DNA of 64,000 nucleotides from Lama guanicoe. Taxonomy: Eukaryota. This document shows positions 15,173 through 27,560 of this stretch, piece after piece (the stretch's first letter is position 1; each line of letters starts with the position of its first letter). Made by a program: the position numbers and the translations under genes. The DNA lies in contig MU054323.1 in assembly GCA_013239625.1 (NCBI GenBank), positions 10,199,186 through 10,263,185 of the forward strand, given 5' to 3'. The notes under the pieces were generated by a model that had not been told where the DNA came from, did not search any database, and worked only from the letters and a program-made list of their open reading frames with translations.

Positions 15173-15749
15173 ATTTGCTAAGTCGAATCTCAGTGGCTTC
15201 CAACAGAGGCTCCTGCTCACATTGTCAAACATGGGTCAGGAAGGGGACGTGGGTCCCTGTGGCTCTGCTGTCCCCTCAATGCAAGGCTTTCAGAATTTGA
15301 AAGACTTGTCTTCTTGCTTTCCTGTGTTGCTTGTTGAGAAATTTGATTCCATCTGGATTCCCTCTCTCGTCTCTGATCATTTTTTAACTATTACTTTGTC
15401 ACCTTGGAAGCCTGCAGCATCTTGATCACCACTGGTCTGAAATTTCATGATGATGTGCTCCAGTGTCGCTCCTTTTATCCACGGTGTTTGGCTCTTGCTG
15501 GATGCTTTCATTCTGGAAGATTCCTTCTGAGCAATCTTCTTGAATTATTTCTTTGGTATTTTTATTCCCATCATTTCCTCTGCTTATTCTTTCTGGGAAT
15601 TCTGTTTGTCAGCTAATTAGCTCTAACCTGAAAGGTCTAACCCTCTTTCTTTCCTATCTATCCCATCTATTTATAGTTGTTTTATTTTCTAGAAGATTTA
15701 TGGAACTGTCTTCCAACTTTTCTATTACTTTCACACATCTATCATCATA

Positions 15750-16330
15750 TTAAAAATTTATCTTAGGAACAGTTTTAGATTGTAAAGAAATTAATGAAGA
15801 TAACACAGAAAGTTCCCACATACCTCACGCTCAGGTCCCTCTATTTTTAGCAGCTTACATTAGTATGGTACATTTCTTACAATTAATGAGCCAATACTAA
15901 GGCATTATTATTAACTAAAACCCATAGTTTTGCTCACATTTCCTTAGTTTTTGCTGAATTTCCATTTTTGTTCCTGGAACCCATTAGAATATCATGTTAT
16001 ATTTAGTTGTCTTGTTTCCTTAGGCTACTCTTGACTTTGGCAACTTCAGACTTCCCTCATTTTTGATGACCGTGACAGTTCTGAGGAGCACCGGTGAGGG
16101 ATTTTGTAGAATGTCAAAACTGGGGTATGTCTGTTTTTCTTACGATTAGACTGGAGTTACTGGGTTTGGGAGGAAAACCACAGAGGTTAACTGCCATTTC
16201 ATCATATTGTATCAAGGACACGCTGTCAACATGATCTACACTGTTGACGCTGACCTTGAGCGCCGGGCGGAGGCAGTGTTTGCCAAGTTTCTTTCTCGCC
16301 CCTGCTTTCCCCTCCCTGCTCTGTAAGAGG
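15750..16330 (-). mobile_element. Old L1 (L1MB/L1MC-like) 3'UTR fragment
   Basis: acagttttagatt..agaaatt..agttccca.atacc..ttacattagtatggtacattt..ttacaattaatgagccaata; boundaries approximate. Confidence 0.65.
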
Positions 16331-16699
16331 ACGCGCTGTGCGCAGCCCGCACGGGCTTCGGGGAACTAATGCTCCAGCCCTCGAGGGCTCTATCGTCCTC
16401 TTATAGCCAGGAACTTCTTTCTCTAAAAACAGATTAAAATGATCTTTTGTCCGTAGATTGTGGTTGCAATAATTCAAGTTTCTGAGGATATCATTTTTAA
16501 ATGCTTTCCTAGTTTTCTGCATTCTTCTTCCTCCAGGTTTCTTTTTATATGTTTGTTTCCTTCCGATTAGAATCTTTTCTCACACGTCTGATTCTCAGCT
16601 GTCTGTTCACATTTGAAGCCCGGGACGTGAAAGAGCTGATGGGAAGCTCTACGTAGATGAGGCTTGTCAACTGGTGGGCGACTGGCTTGTTTCACGTGG

Positions 16700-17110
16700 T
16701 GTATTAGTTTCCCGCGGCTGCCGTGACAATTTACCACAAACTTGGTGGCTTAAAACAACCAAAGTTCATTCTCTCACAGTTCTGGGGGCCAGAGGTCTGA
16801 AGTCAATATCGTGGGCTGAAAGCAAGGTGTCGGCAGGGCCGCACTCCCTCCAGAGGCTCCGGGAGAACCGTTCCTGGCCTGTTCTGGCTTCTGGAAGTTC
16901 TTGGCTGTGGCCACATCTCTTCAACCTCTGCCTCTCATGAGGACACCTGTGATGGCATTTGGGGCCCACCTGATAAGGCAGGGTAACTGTCCCACCTCCA
17001 GATCCCCAATTTTGTCACATCTGCAAAGACTTTCCTTACAAGGGAAGAATGACAGGTTTCTGGGATTGGGGCCTGACACCTGTGGACGACCATTACTCAG
17101 CCAACTAACA
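16700..17110 (-). mobile_element. MaLR LTR (MLT1-type)
   Basis: tgtattagtttcc..gctgccgtgacaa.ttaccacaaacttggtggcttaaaacaac..ttctctcacagttctgg..cacatctgcaaagac..ccattactcagcc. Confidence 0.85.
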
Positions 17111-17759
17111 CTTGTGGCATCTGAAATTGTTCTCTTTATTGCTCAGCCCCTCTAATGAGGAAGCTTCTGATCCCCTCCCGCCTAGCTGCCATGTTCTTGG
17201 CACTGAGTGGGGGGAGAAGGCATACACCTTTAAGCAGGTAGATTTCAAAAAATATACAGCCCTGCTTAGAGCAGAGAATTCACCTTCGGTGATGTCTAAT
17301 GTCCCCGAGACCAAAAGACTTTAGTTCAACCTCTTCAGAGAGGGAATCCCTAGTCTTGTGTGTTGGTAGGGAAGGGAGAGGGGTAAGGGAATGGGCCCGA
17401 AGATGGATTAGTCACTTTTTAAACAGATCTGTAACTCATTTCCTCCCTATTGCACGTCTGCTTTCAGAGGTGCCTGCAATGCCCAGGCCTTTCTGGGTCT
17501 CCTGATCAGGCAGAGTGAACCAGGCTGCTTCTGGACCTAGATGCCAACTTTCTAGTCTCCTAAGTAAGGGGCCACTTGCCCATAAACCTTCCAGTTTCCC
17601 AAATTTTGTCATTCTTGTTATCTTTATCCTTGTGCATTTTTATGCAACTAAGACTCCCTTTTATGTGTGTGTGCGCACATGTGCGTGTGTGTGTGTATTC
17701 TGGAAGGGAGCATGGGTTCAATCTGCCATTTAAAATATTATGTGTTGTTCTTATAGGAA

Positions 17760-18020
17760 TTATGTAAATACAATGGAGATTCCTCAAAAAATGAAAACTA
17801 GAACTACCTTCAGATCTAGCAATCTTACTTCTGGGTATACATCCAGGGAAATAAAATCAGTGTCTTCAGGAGGGATCTGCACTCCCAGGTGCACTGCAGC
17901 ATTATTCACAATGGCAGAGATATGGAAAGAACCTGAATATCCACTGATGGATAAAAGGATAAACAAAATGTGGCATGTGTATATATAGTGGAATATTATT
18001 CAGCCTTATAGCAGAAGGAC
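17760..18020 (+). mobile_element. Old L1 (L1MA-like) ORF2 end, left part; interrupted by a younger L1
   Basis: atggagattcctcaaaaaa..agcaatc..acttctgggtata..gcagcattattcacaat..ggaatattattcagcctta; resumes near 24090. Confidence 0.75.
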
Positions 18021-18022
18021 AT

Positions 18023-21000
18023 GAGGATTTCTGGTCAAGATGGCAGAGTAGTAGGACCACAAGCTCACCTCTCCTTGTGACTATAACAAAACCACAACTG
18101 ACTGCTAAACAACAATTGGAAAAAAAAAAAAAAAAAGACTGGAACCTAAAAAAGATCTTCAACTGGAAACATAAAGAGGGAACCAACCACAGCAGGACGG
18201 TAGGAGGGGTGTGCTTCCAATATAATCAGGCCCCATACCCCCCGGTGATGGGTGACCCAGAAGCTGAAGAATAGTTAAGTCGCAGAGGCCCTTCCACGGG
18301 AGTGAGAGTTCTGAGCCCCACATCAGGCTCCCCAGCCCGGGGTTCCAGCATTGGGAGGAGGGGCCCCAGGACATCTGGTTTTGAAGGCCAGTGGGGTGTA
18401 ACTCCAGGAGCCCCATGGGACTGGGGGAAACAGAGGCTTCATTCTCTTGAGAAGCATTCACAGAATCTCATGTCCTTCATAGGAACCTGGGCCAGATCTG
18501 CCTGCTGGTTTTGGAGGATCTCCTGGGGAGGTAGGGGGCGGCTGTGGCTTACCCAGGGGACATAAAAGCTGGTGGTGGACATTCTGGGAATGTTTACCTA
18601 CATGAGCTTTCCTGACATCTTGATTGCATCATTAGCACCAATACCCAACAGCCTGTAGGCTTAAGGGCTGGGAAGCCTCAGGCCAAACAACATACTGGGT
18701 AGGAACACAGCCCCACCCATCAGCAGACTTCCTGAGCCACAAATGCCTCTAGATACCACCAGAGGTCCAGGACCAAGCTTCACCCAGCAGTGGGCAGGCA
18801 CTGGCTCCTCCTGCCAGGAAACCTGCATAAGTCTCTAGTCCAGCCTTATCCACCAGGGGGCAGATACCAGAAATAAGAAAACAATCCCAAAACCTGTGGG
18901 AAGAATCCACAAACACAGGCCAGACTCCACACTGGGACGGGCTGGACCCTGGCCCTTGGGTGACAAGAGAGGAGTGCACTGCTGGGATGCACAGGATGTC
19001 TCCCACAGAGGGCCACCTCCCCAAGGTCGAGAAACGTAACTAAACTACCTAAAAATACAAATAGAAAGACAGACAGTATGAGGTGGTAGAGGAATATCTT
19101 CCAGGCTAAGGCACAAGATAAAAATCCTGGAGGAAGAAATAAGCGATGAGGAGACAGGCAATTTATCTAAGAAAGAGTTTAGAGTAATGATAGAGAAGAC
19201 GTTCAGAGAACTCAAGAGGAGTATAGATGCACAGAGTAAAAGTTTTTAGCAAAGAGTTGGAAAATATAAAGAATACCCAAACTGAGTTGAAGAATAAAAT
19301 CAGTGAAATGAATAACACACTAGAAGGAACCAAGAACAGACTAAATGATACAGAAGAATGGATTAATAAGCTAGAAGACAGATTAGTGGAAATCACTACT
19401 GTAGAACAGAAAAAAGAATGAAAAGAAATGAGGGTAGTTTAAAAGAACTCTGGGATAACGTGAAGTGCACTAATAAGTGAGTCCCAGAAAGAAGAGGGAA
19501 AGGACCTGAGAAAAACTTTGAAGAGATAATAACTGAAAACTTCTCTAATTTGGGAAAGGAAACAGTCACCCAAGTCCAGGAAGCGCAGAGTTCCACATAG
19601 AATCAACCCAAGAAGGAACACACTGAGGCAGATAGTAATCAAACTGAGAAAAATAAAGGATAAGGAGAAAATATTAAAATCAGCAAGAGAAAAGGAACAA
19701 ATAACATATAAGGGAACTCCCATAAGGTTATCAGCTGATTTTTCAGCAGACTCTATAGGCCAGAAGGGTGTGGCATGATATATTTAAAGTGATGAAAGGG
19801 AAAAACCTACAACCAAGAATCCTCTATCCAGCAAGGCTCTCATTCAGATTTGACAGAGAAATCAAAAGCTTCACTGATAAACAAAAGCTAAAAGATTTCA
19901 GCACCACCAACCAGGTTTAAAAAAGTTAAAGGAACTTCTTTAGTCATCAAAGCACAAGAAAAAAGAACAACAACAAAAAAAAGATTTTAAAAAAACCTAC
20001 AAAAACAAACCCCAAACAATTAACAGAATGGCAATAAGAACATACATATCACTAATAACCTTAAATGTAAATGGATTAAATGCTCCAACCAAAAGACACA
20101 GACTGGCTGAATGGATACAAAAATAAGACCCATATATATGCTGTCTACAAGAGACCCACTACAGACATATGCAGGCTGAAAAGTAAAGGGATGGAAAAAG
20201 ACATTCCAGGCAATCAGAAACCAAAAGGAAGCTGGAGTAGCAATACTTACATCAGACAAAACAGATTTCAAAATAAAGACTCTACAAGAGACAAACGACA
20301 CTACATAATGCGTAAGGGATCAATCCAAGAAGAGGATATAACTATTATAAATATATATGCACCCAACATAGGAGCACCTCAGTATATAAGGCAATTGTTA
20401 ACAGACATAAAAGGAGAAATCCACAATAACACAATAAAATGGGGGAGCTTAACACACCACTTACATCAATAAACAGATCATCCAGACGAAATATGGAAAT
20501 ACAGGCCCTAAATAACATATTAGACCAGATGGACTTAATTGCTATCTGTGAAGCATTCCATCCAAAAGCAACAGAACACACATTCTTCTCAAGTGTACAT
20601 GGAACATTCTCCAGAATAGACCACATGCTGGCCCACAAAGCTAGCCTCAGTAAATTTAAGAAAATTGACATTGTAGCAAGCATCTTTTCTGACCACAACA
20701 CTATAAGGTTAGAAATCAACTACAAGAAAAAAACTAAAAACTGCAAGCACATGGGGGCTAAGCAACACGCTACTAAACAACCAATGGATCGCTGAAGAAA
20801 TTAAAGAGGAAATAAAAAAATCCTTTGAGACAAAAAACAAAAACACAATGATCCAAAATCTCTGGGACACAGCAAAAGCAGCCCTAAGAGGGAAGTTTAC
20901 AGCAGTACAAGCCTACCTCAGGAAACAAGAAAAAATTCAAGTAAACAACCTAACCTCACATCCAAAGCAGCTAGAGAAAGACGAACAAACAAAATGCAAA

Positions 21001-23815
21001 GTTAGCAGAAGGAAAGAAATCATAAAGATCAGTGCAGAAATAAATAAGAGACTAAAGAAACAATAGAAAAGATCAATGAAACTAAAAGCTGGTTCTTTGA
21101 AAAGATAAACAAAATTGAGTCTGATAAACTTTTAGTCAGACTCATCAAGAAAAAATGGGAGAGGGCCCAAATTAATAAAATCAGAAATGAAAAAGAAATT
21201 ATAAATGACACCACAGAAATACAAGGGATCATAAGAGGCTACTATGAGCAACTATACACCAACAAAAAGGACAACATAGAAGAAATGGACAATTTCTTAG
21301 GAAGATACAATTTGCCAAGACTGAACCAGAAAGAAATAGACAATATGAACAGACCAATTACTAGTACTGAAATTGAAACAATAATTTAAAAACTCCCAAC
21401 AAACAAAAGCCCAGGACCAGAAGGCTTCACAAGTGAATCTACCAAGCATTAGAGAAGATTTGACACCTATCCTGAAAATATTCCAAATATTGCCAAGGAA
21501 GGAACACTTCCAGACTCATTCTATGAGGCCATCATCACCCTGATACCAAAACCAGAAAAAGATATCACAAAAAAAGAAAACTACAGGCCAATATAACTTA
21601 AGGATATAGATGCAAAAATCCTCAACAAAATACTAGCAAATCGACTCCAACAATGCAGTAAAATACACTATGATCACGTGGGATTTACACCAGGGTTGCA
21701 CAATGATTTCTCAATATCTGCAAATCAATCAGTGTGATACACCACATTAACAAATTGAATAAAAAAACATATGATCATCTCAATAGATGCAGAAAAAGCT
21801 TTTAATAAAATTCAACATCCATTTATGATAAAAACTCTCCAGAAAGTGGGCACAGATGGAACACACCTCAATATAATAAAGGCCATATATGACAAACCCA
21901 CAGCTAACATCATACTTAATGGGGAAAAGCTGAAAGCACTTCCTCTAAGATCAGGAACAAGATAAGGATGCCCATTCTCACCACTTTTATTCAACATAGT
22001 TTTGGAAGTCCTAGCCATAATAAACAGAGAAGAAAATTAAAAGGAATCAAAATTGGAAACAAAGAATTAAAACTGTCACTGTTTGCAGATGACATGATAC
22101 TACACATAGAAACCAGAAAACTACTAGAATTCATCAATGAACTTGGTAAAGTTTCAGGTACAAAATTAATATACAGAAATCAGTTGTATTTCTATACACA
22201 AACAATGAAACAGCTGAAAAAGAAATTAAGGAAACAATACCATTTACCATCACACCAAAAAGAATAAAATACCCAGGAATAAACCTACCCAAGGAAGCAA
22301 AAGACCTGTACTCCGAAAACTATAAGACACTGATGAAAGAAACTGAAGATGACATAAACAAATGGAAAGATATACTGTTCTTGGATTGGAAGAATCAATA
22401 TTGTTAAAATGGCCATACTGCCCATAAAAGGCAACATACAAATTCAATGCAATCCCTATCAAATTACCAATGACATTCTTCACAGAGCTGGAACAAAAAA
22501 GAATGTTAAAAATTTGTATGGAAACACTAGAACCTCGAATAGCCAAAACAATCTTGAAAAAGAATGGAGCTGGGAGAATCAAGCTCCCTGACTTCAGACT
22601 ATACTACAAAGCTACAGTAATCAAACAGTATGGTACTGGCACAAAAACAGACACATAAATCAATGGAACAGTATAGAAAGTCCAGAAATAAACCCATGCA
22701 CTTATGGTCAGTTAGTCTACAACAAAGGAGGCAAGACTATACAACAGAGAAAAGACAGTCTCTTCAACAAGTAGTGCTGGGAAAACTGGACAGCTACCTG
22801 TAAAAGACTAAAATTAGAACATTCTCTAACACTATGTAGAAAAATAAACTCAAAATGGATTAAAGACCTAAATGTAAGACCAGATACTATAAAACTCCTA
22901 GAGGAAAACTTAGGCAGAACACTCTTGGACATAAATCACAGCAATATGTTTTTTCAACCAGCTCCTGGAGTATTGGAAATGAAAGCAAAAATAAACAAAT
23001 ACGATCAAATTAAACTTAAAAGCTTCTGCGCAGCTAAGGATACCATCAACAAAATGAAAAGACAACCTACAGAATGGGAGAAAATATTTGCAAATGATGC
23101 AAAAGACAAGGGACTAATTTCCAAAATACACAAACAGCTCATACACCTTATTAACAAAAAAAAAGCAACCCAACAAAAATGGGTAGAAGACCTAAACAGA
23201 CATTTCTCTGAAGACAGACAGATGGCCAACAAGCACATGAAAAGATGCTCAACATCGCTAATTGTTAGAGAGATGCAAATCAAAACTACAATGAGATATC
23301 ACTTCATACCAGTCAGAATGTGCATCATTAAAAAGTTTACAATTAATAAATGCTGGAGAAGGGGTGGAGAAAAAGCAACTCTCCTACACTGTTGGTGGGA
23401 ATGTAAATTGGTGCAGCCACTATGGAGGACAGTATGGAGGTTCCTTAGAAAACTAAAAATAAACTTACCATATGATCTGGCAATCCCACTCCTCGGCATA
23501 TACCCAGAGAAAAATATAATTCAAAAAGATACATGCACCCCAGTGTTCACAGCAGCACTAAGTACAATAGCCAAGAAATGGAAACAACCCAAATGTCCAT
23601 CAACAGAAGACTGGATAAAGAAGATATGGCTTGTATATGTGCGTACACGTGTGTACACACACACACACACAGGAATACTACTGAGCCACAAAAAAGGAAT
23701 AAAATAATGCCATTTGCAGCAACACGTATGGACCCGGAGATCATCATCCTAGGTGAAGTAAGGCAGAAAGAAAAATGCCATATGATATCGAAGACACAAA
23801 TGAGCTACCTATTTA
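18023..23815 (+). mobile_element. Near full-length decayed LINE-1 (5'UTR, ORF1 ~19078-19943, ORF2 ~20028-23707), antisense to ALK
   Basis: 5' start ..ggtcaagatggcag..; ORF1 coiled-coil peptide (19227..19421); endonuclease peptides (INIYAPN, FSRIDHML, FSDHN); RT peptides ([17 protein letters not shown]); C-terminal HCWWECK. Many stops and frameshifts. Confidence 0.95.
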
Positions 23816-24089
23816 TAACTTAGATGATTGACTTCTTGAATATGTGTTAGCTCATTTGACTGTCCTTTATGATTGGATTACTGCATTCTGTTGATTATTT
23901 TGTGGTTGGCTTTATTCCTTTGGTAACTATGTAAGTTTAAAAAGCTAAAGCTCTAAACTCTTCTTTGAAACAGTAAACAGTATATATGTGTAAATTTTTA
24001 AATGATTTTATCTCTCAATGAGTTGCTCTTCCTAGAATAAATTTTGTTTAAAAAGAAAAGAAATGTGGATATTTAAAGATTAAAACAAA

Positions 24090-24332
24090 AAAGTAGGAAA
24101 TTTTCCATTTGCAACAATATAGATGAACCCACAGGACAGTCTGTTAAGGGAAATAAGTGAGACTCAGAAAGACAAATACCACATGACCTCACTTACAAGT
24201 GGAATCATAGAAGCAGAGAGTGGAACAGTGGTTGCCGGGGGCTAGGAGGAAGGCGAAATGGGGAGAAGCTGGTCAAGGAGTATGAACTCTCAGCTACGCA
24301 GGAGGAGTAAGTTCTGGAGAGCTAATGTACAG
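24090..24332 (+). mobile_element. Old L1 (L1MA-like) 3' end, right part
   Basis: aggaaatttt.ccatttgcaacaa..gaaataagt.agac.cagaaagacaaatac..agaagcagagagt.gaacagtggttgcc..taagttctggaga; continues 17760-18020. Confidence 0.75.
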
Positions 24333-24524
24333 GAAGTGTTTTCCAAACTTATTTTCAGCTGCAGAAGGGGTCTCACCAGTCACCTGCAGCACTTTTGTGC
24401 TGACAATTATTTCCTTTTCTCCTTTATTCTGTCAATGTGGAGAATTTCATTGATCCATTTTTCTAATCTTAACACTGCATTCCTGGTATAAACCCAACTT
24501 CATTATTATATTACAATATTACGT

Positions 24525-24692
24525 GTGGCTTTCAACGAGTGGTCCCCCAGCTGGCAGCATCAGCACCACCTGGGAACTTGTTAGAAATGCAACTTCTCAG
24601 CCACCCCAGACCTTCTGAATCCTAAGCTGTCAGGGCGGGGTCCAGTGTTTTGCCTGTGTTCTACCAAGCCTCTCTGATGACCCTGATGCTCT
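24525..24692. mobile_element. MER5A-like DNA transposon
   Basis: gtggtccc..gcagcatcagcaccacctgggaacttgttagaaatgca..ccaccccagacct.ctgaatc. Confidence 0.8.
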
Positions 24693-24840
24693 GTTGATAG
24701 ATGCCCATGTCTGCGAGCCCCGCTGGTAGAGAGATGCTGATTCTCCTCTTACCTTCCCCACGTGGGTGTGGTATCATTTGGCCCATGAGCTCTACCATAA
24801 GGCCCATAGTGAGACCAGGAGGAGGCAGCAGAAAGACTCA

Positions 24841-25056
<216 letters not shown>

Positions 25057-25411
25057 TTAATGAGGGGCTCTCGTGATTCAGAAGGAGAGCAGGGACACGG
25101 ATCATTTAGTTAGCAACCTGAGTGTCATTTGATAGAAGACAAAAGAGCCCACTGGAGGCGGGAAAGAAAAGACCTATGCAATGACTAAAATACCCACTAG
25201 CAGATGGTTTGATTTCCCTGATGGGTTTTGTTCATTATAACTCACAATGAATAACATTACCCCAACCTTATGAGTGCTGATGTTCCTGATGATCCACAGG
25301 AACACTAGATGCAAAATGGGAGAACTGAGAGCAGGCCGGTGTCTCCCTCAAGGGGGTCCTCCATGGCCTCACACCATGGCTAACTGAACACAGGCGCTTG
25401 GCGAATACTCC

Positions 25412-25646
25412 AGGCAGCTGGTGGGAAGCTGCCTCCCACAGCACAGCCCCGAGGAGAACACAGGGCTAGTGGGGAGCTGGCTTCAGAGGTATGAGTTAAC
25501 TTACTAGTTTTGGTCAGCGATGTTATTAGCGCAGCTCACTGATAGAAAGCTTATGAATTAATTGATACCTCTGAAGCCACCATCACCCCTGCCCTGTGTC
25601 CTCCTGCCGGGTAGGTGATCGGAGGCACCCCCATCCCCAGCTGCCT
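25412..25646. repeat. Long imperfect inverted repeat (~235 bp hairpin)
   Basis: Nested complementary blocks: aggcagctgg/ccagctgcct, tgcctcc/ggaggca, aggagaacacagggc/gccctgtgtcctcct, tggcttcagaggtat/atacctctgaagcca. Confidence 0.85.
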
Positions 25647-27064
25647 AGATTAATTAATTACTTCAACAAACATGAACTGAGTATTTAGTATGTGTCACGT
25701 ACCCTGCTGCATGCTGAGGACACAAGTAAGGATATGGTTCAGTGGAAGAAACAATGGCAGTACAGCACAACACGTGATGATGTAGGTATGTACGAAACTC
25801 AGTGACCAAAGAACGGATTTGTTCTACCCAAGGTGGGGGTAAGGTACAGGGACAGCTTCATGGGGGGCATTGATGGAGCTGACTGGCCAAGAAGCTCTCA
25901 GAGAGGACCATTCCTGACACATGGGATTGCATGGGACATGTGGGAACTGAGGGACTAGGTAAGTGAGGGTGGTGAAGCCTAGAGTTAGGAACTGTCTGAG
26001 CTGAGAATGGAGAGGAAGGGGCCAATCACTGAGGGCTCGCTGAAGTCACATTTGTATCTTACAGCACAGGCACTCCCGGGGGCTCTGAGAAGGCACAGCA
26101 GGAACACTGGGACTCTGGGTAGTAAAAGAAAGCAAAGTGGAACATCACCAGTGTAATGCAGTGGAGACCAGTGGTGGATGACTGCAGCTGAAGACATTGC
26201 TAACTCACAATCTTCCATGCGCTGCTACCCTGTGGTGCCAGGATACCATCAGCATTCTCACCCCATGGGGATTGCTACCAGCTCTGTGGGCAGCCTTCAA
26301 AGGGCTCCCTTCTTCTCCAAAGAGAGGAAGGTCTGCGTGACCATCTTTCCTCACTCTACCCCGGATTAGGGAAGGTGTAATTAGTGACCATGCGAGGGAG
26401 CGACCTGCTCAGTTCATGGAGCGAGTCCCTACTGTAAATAATTAGACAAAGAAGAAACCAGGGGTTGGGAAGAGAAGAGTGAGATAAAATACAATAGGCG
26501 TGGGGTTTTTTTAATTAAAATTTTAATTTTAGTTTTTAATGTAGCTTTGAGAATATGACAAGGAAAAATAAATGAAACTGAGCTAAGTACTTTGCTTAGC
26601 TTAGGACTCTGACCTCTAGTCTCTTGTCTCCTGGCAGAAATGGGAAAAGAGCAGTGAGCAGGGCCCGGTTTCCTGCCAGTTCTAGGTGCTCTTGCTGGGG
26701 GTCATGGAAGCTCAGGCTGCTTAGAATTCCTGGGCATGGAGGAAAGGGGTTAAGTAATTAAAGTTTACTTAGAAACTTTTCTCATATCAAGTATCTGGGT
26801 TATTCTGTGTCCCAGAACATGCCGGGATTAAAGACTTGGAACCAGAAAGACAACGTAACAGCTTAGTGTCAGTTACTGAGGCAGCGTGGTCCTAGCATCA
26901 GCCTTTCAGGCATAAGCAATAATTAAGGTTTCCTGTGTCCTGAAAAGGAACTTAGTGACATTTAGGTGGCAAGTTGACAAGGCACCAGAGACGACTCGTC
27001 CCGTTCTCTTGAGGGGATGAGGTTGAGGAGGTGCGCTCTGATGGGTGCTGGCGGTCCTTACTCA

Positions 27065-27223
<159 letters not shown>

Positions 27224-27404
27224 TTATCACAAGTTTTTCCACCTCCAACCTGAAGTTCAAACAGTTCTCCTTTCTACCCTGTATTTCCTTTACTACACTA
27301 CACTTCAGTATGAAAGAATTAGCCACAGCAAATCTAGGCCTCAGAACTAACAGGAAATAGAAAAGGATTAGTGGAGATGACTGAAAATGTTTAGTGGGGT
27401 AATA

Positions 27405-27560
27405 ATAATGAAAATAACTATAATAGGAACTAGGAAATGTACTGGCCTTTTACTGTGTACTAAGCATTGCTCTGAATGCTTCATATCTAATTCTCACAAC
27501 CCTATAAGGAACAAGGTGCTATTATTACCCTGATTTTATTAAAAAACTTAAGCTAAAATA
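27405..27560 (-). mobile_element. MIR SINE fragment
   Basis: ttactgtgtactaagcattgctctgaatgctt..taattctcacaaccctataagg..ggtgctattattaccc..attttat. Confidence 0.7.

Noticed and set aside
22925..23707. 260-aa ORF
   Set aside because: C-terminal fragment of decayed L1 ORF2, not an independent gene.
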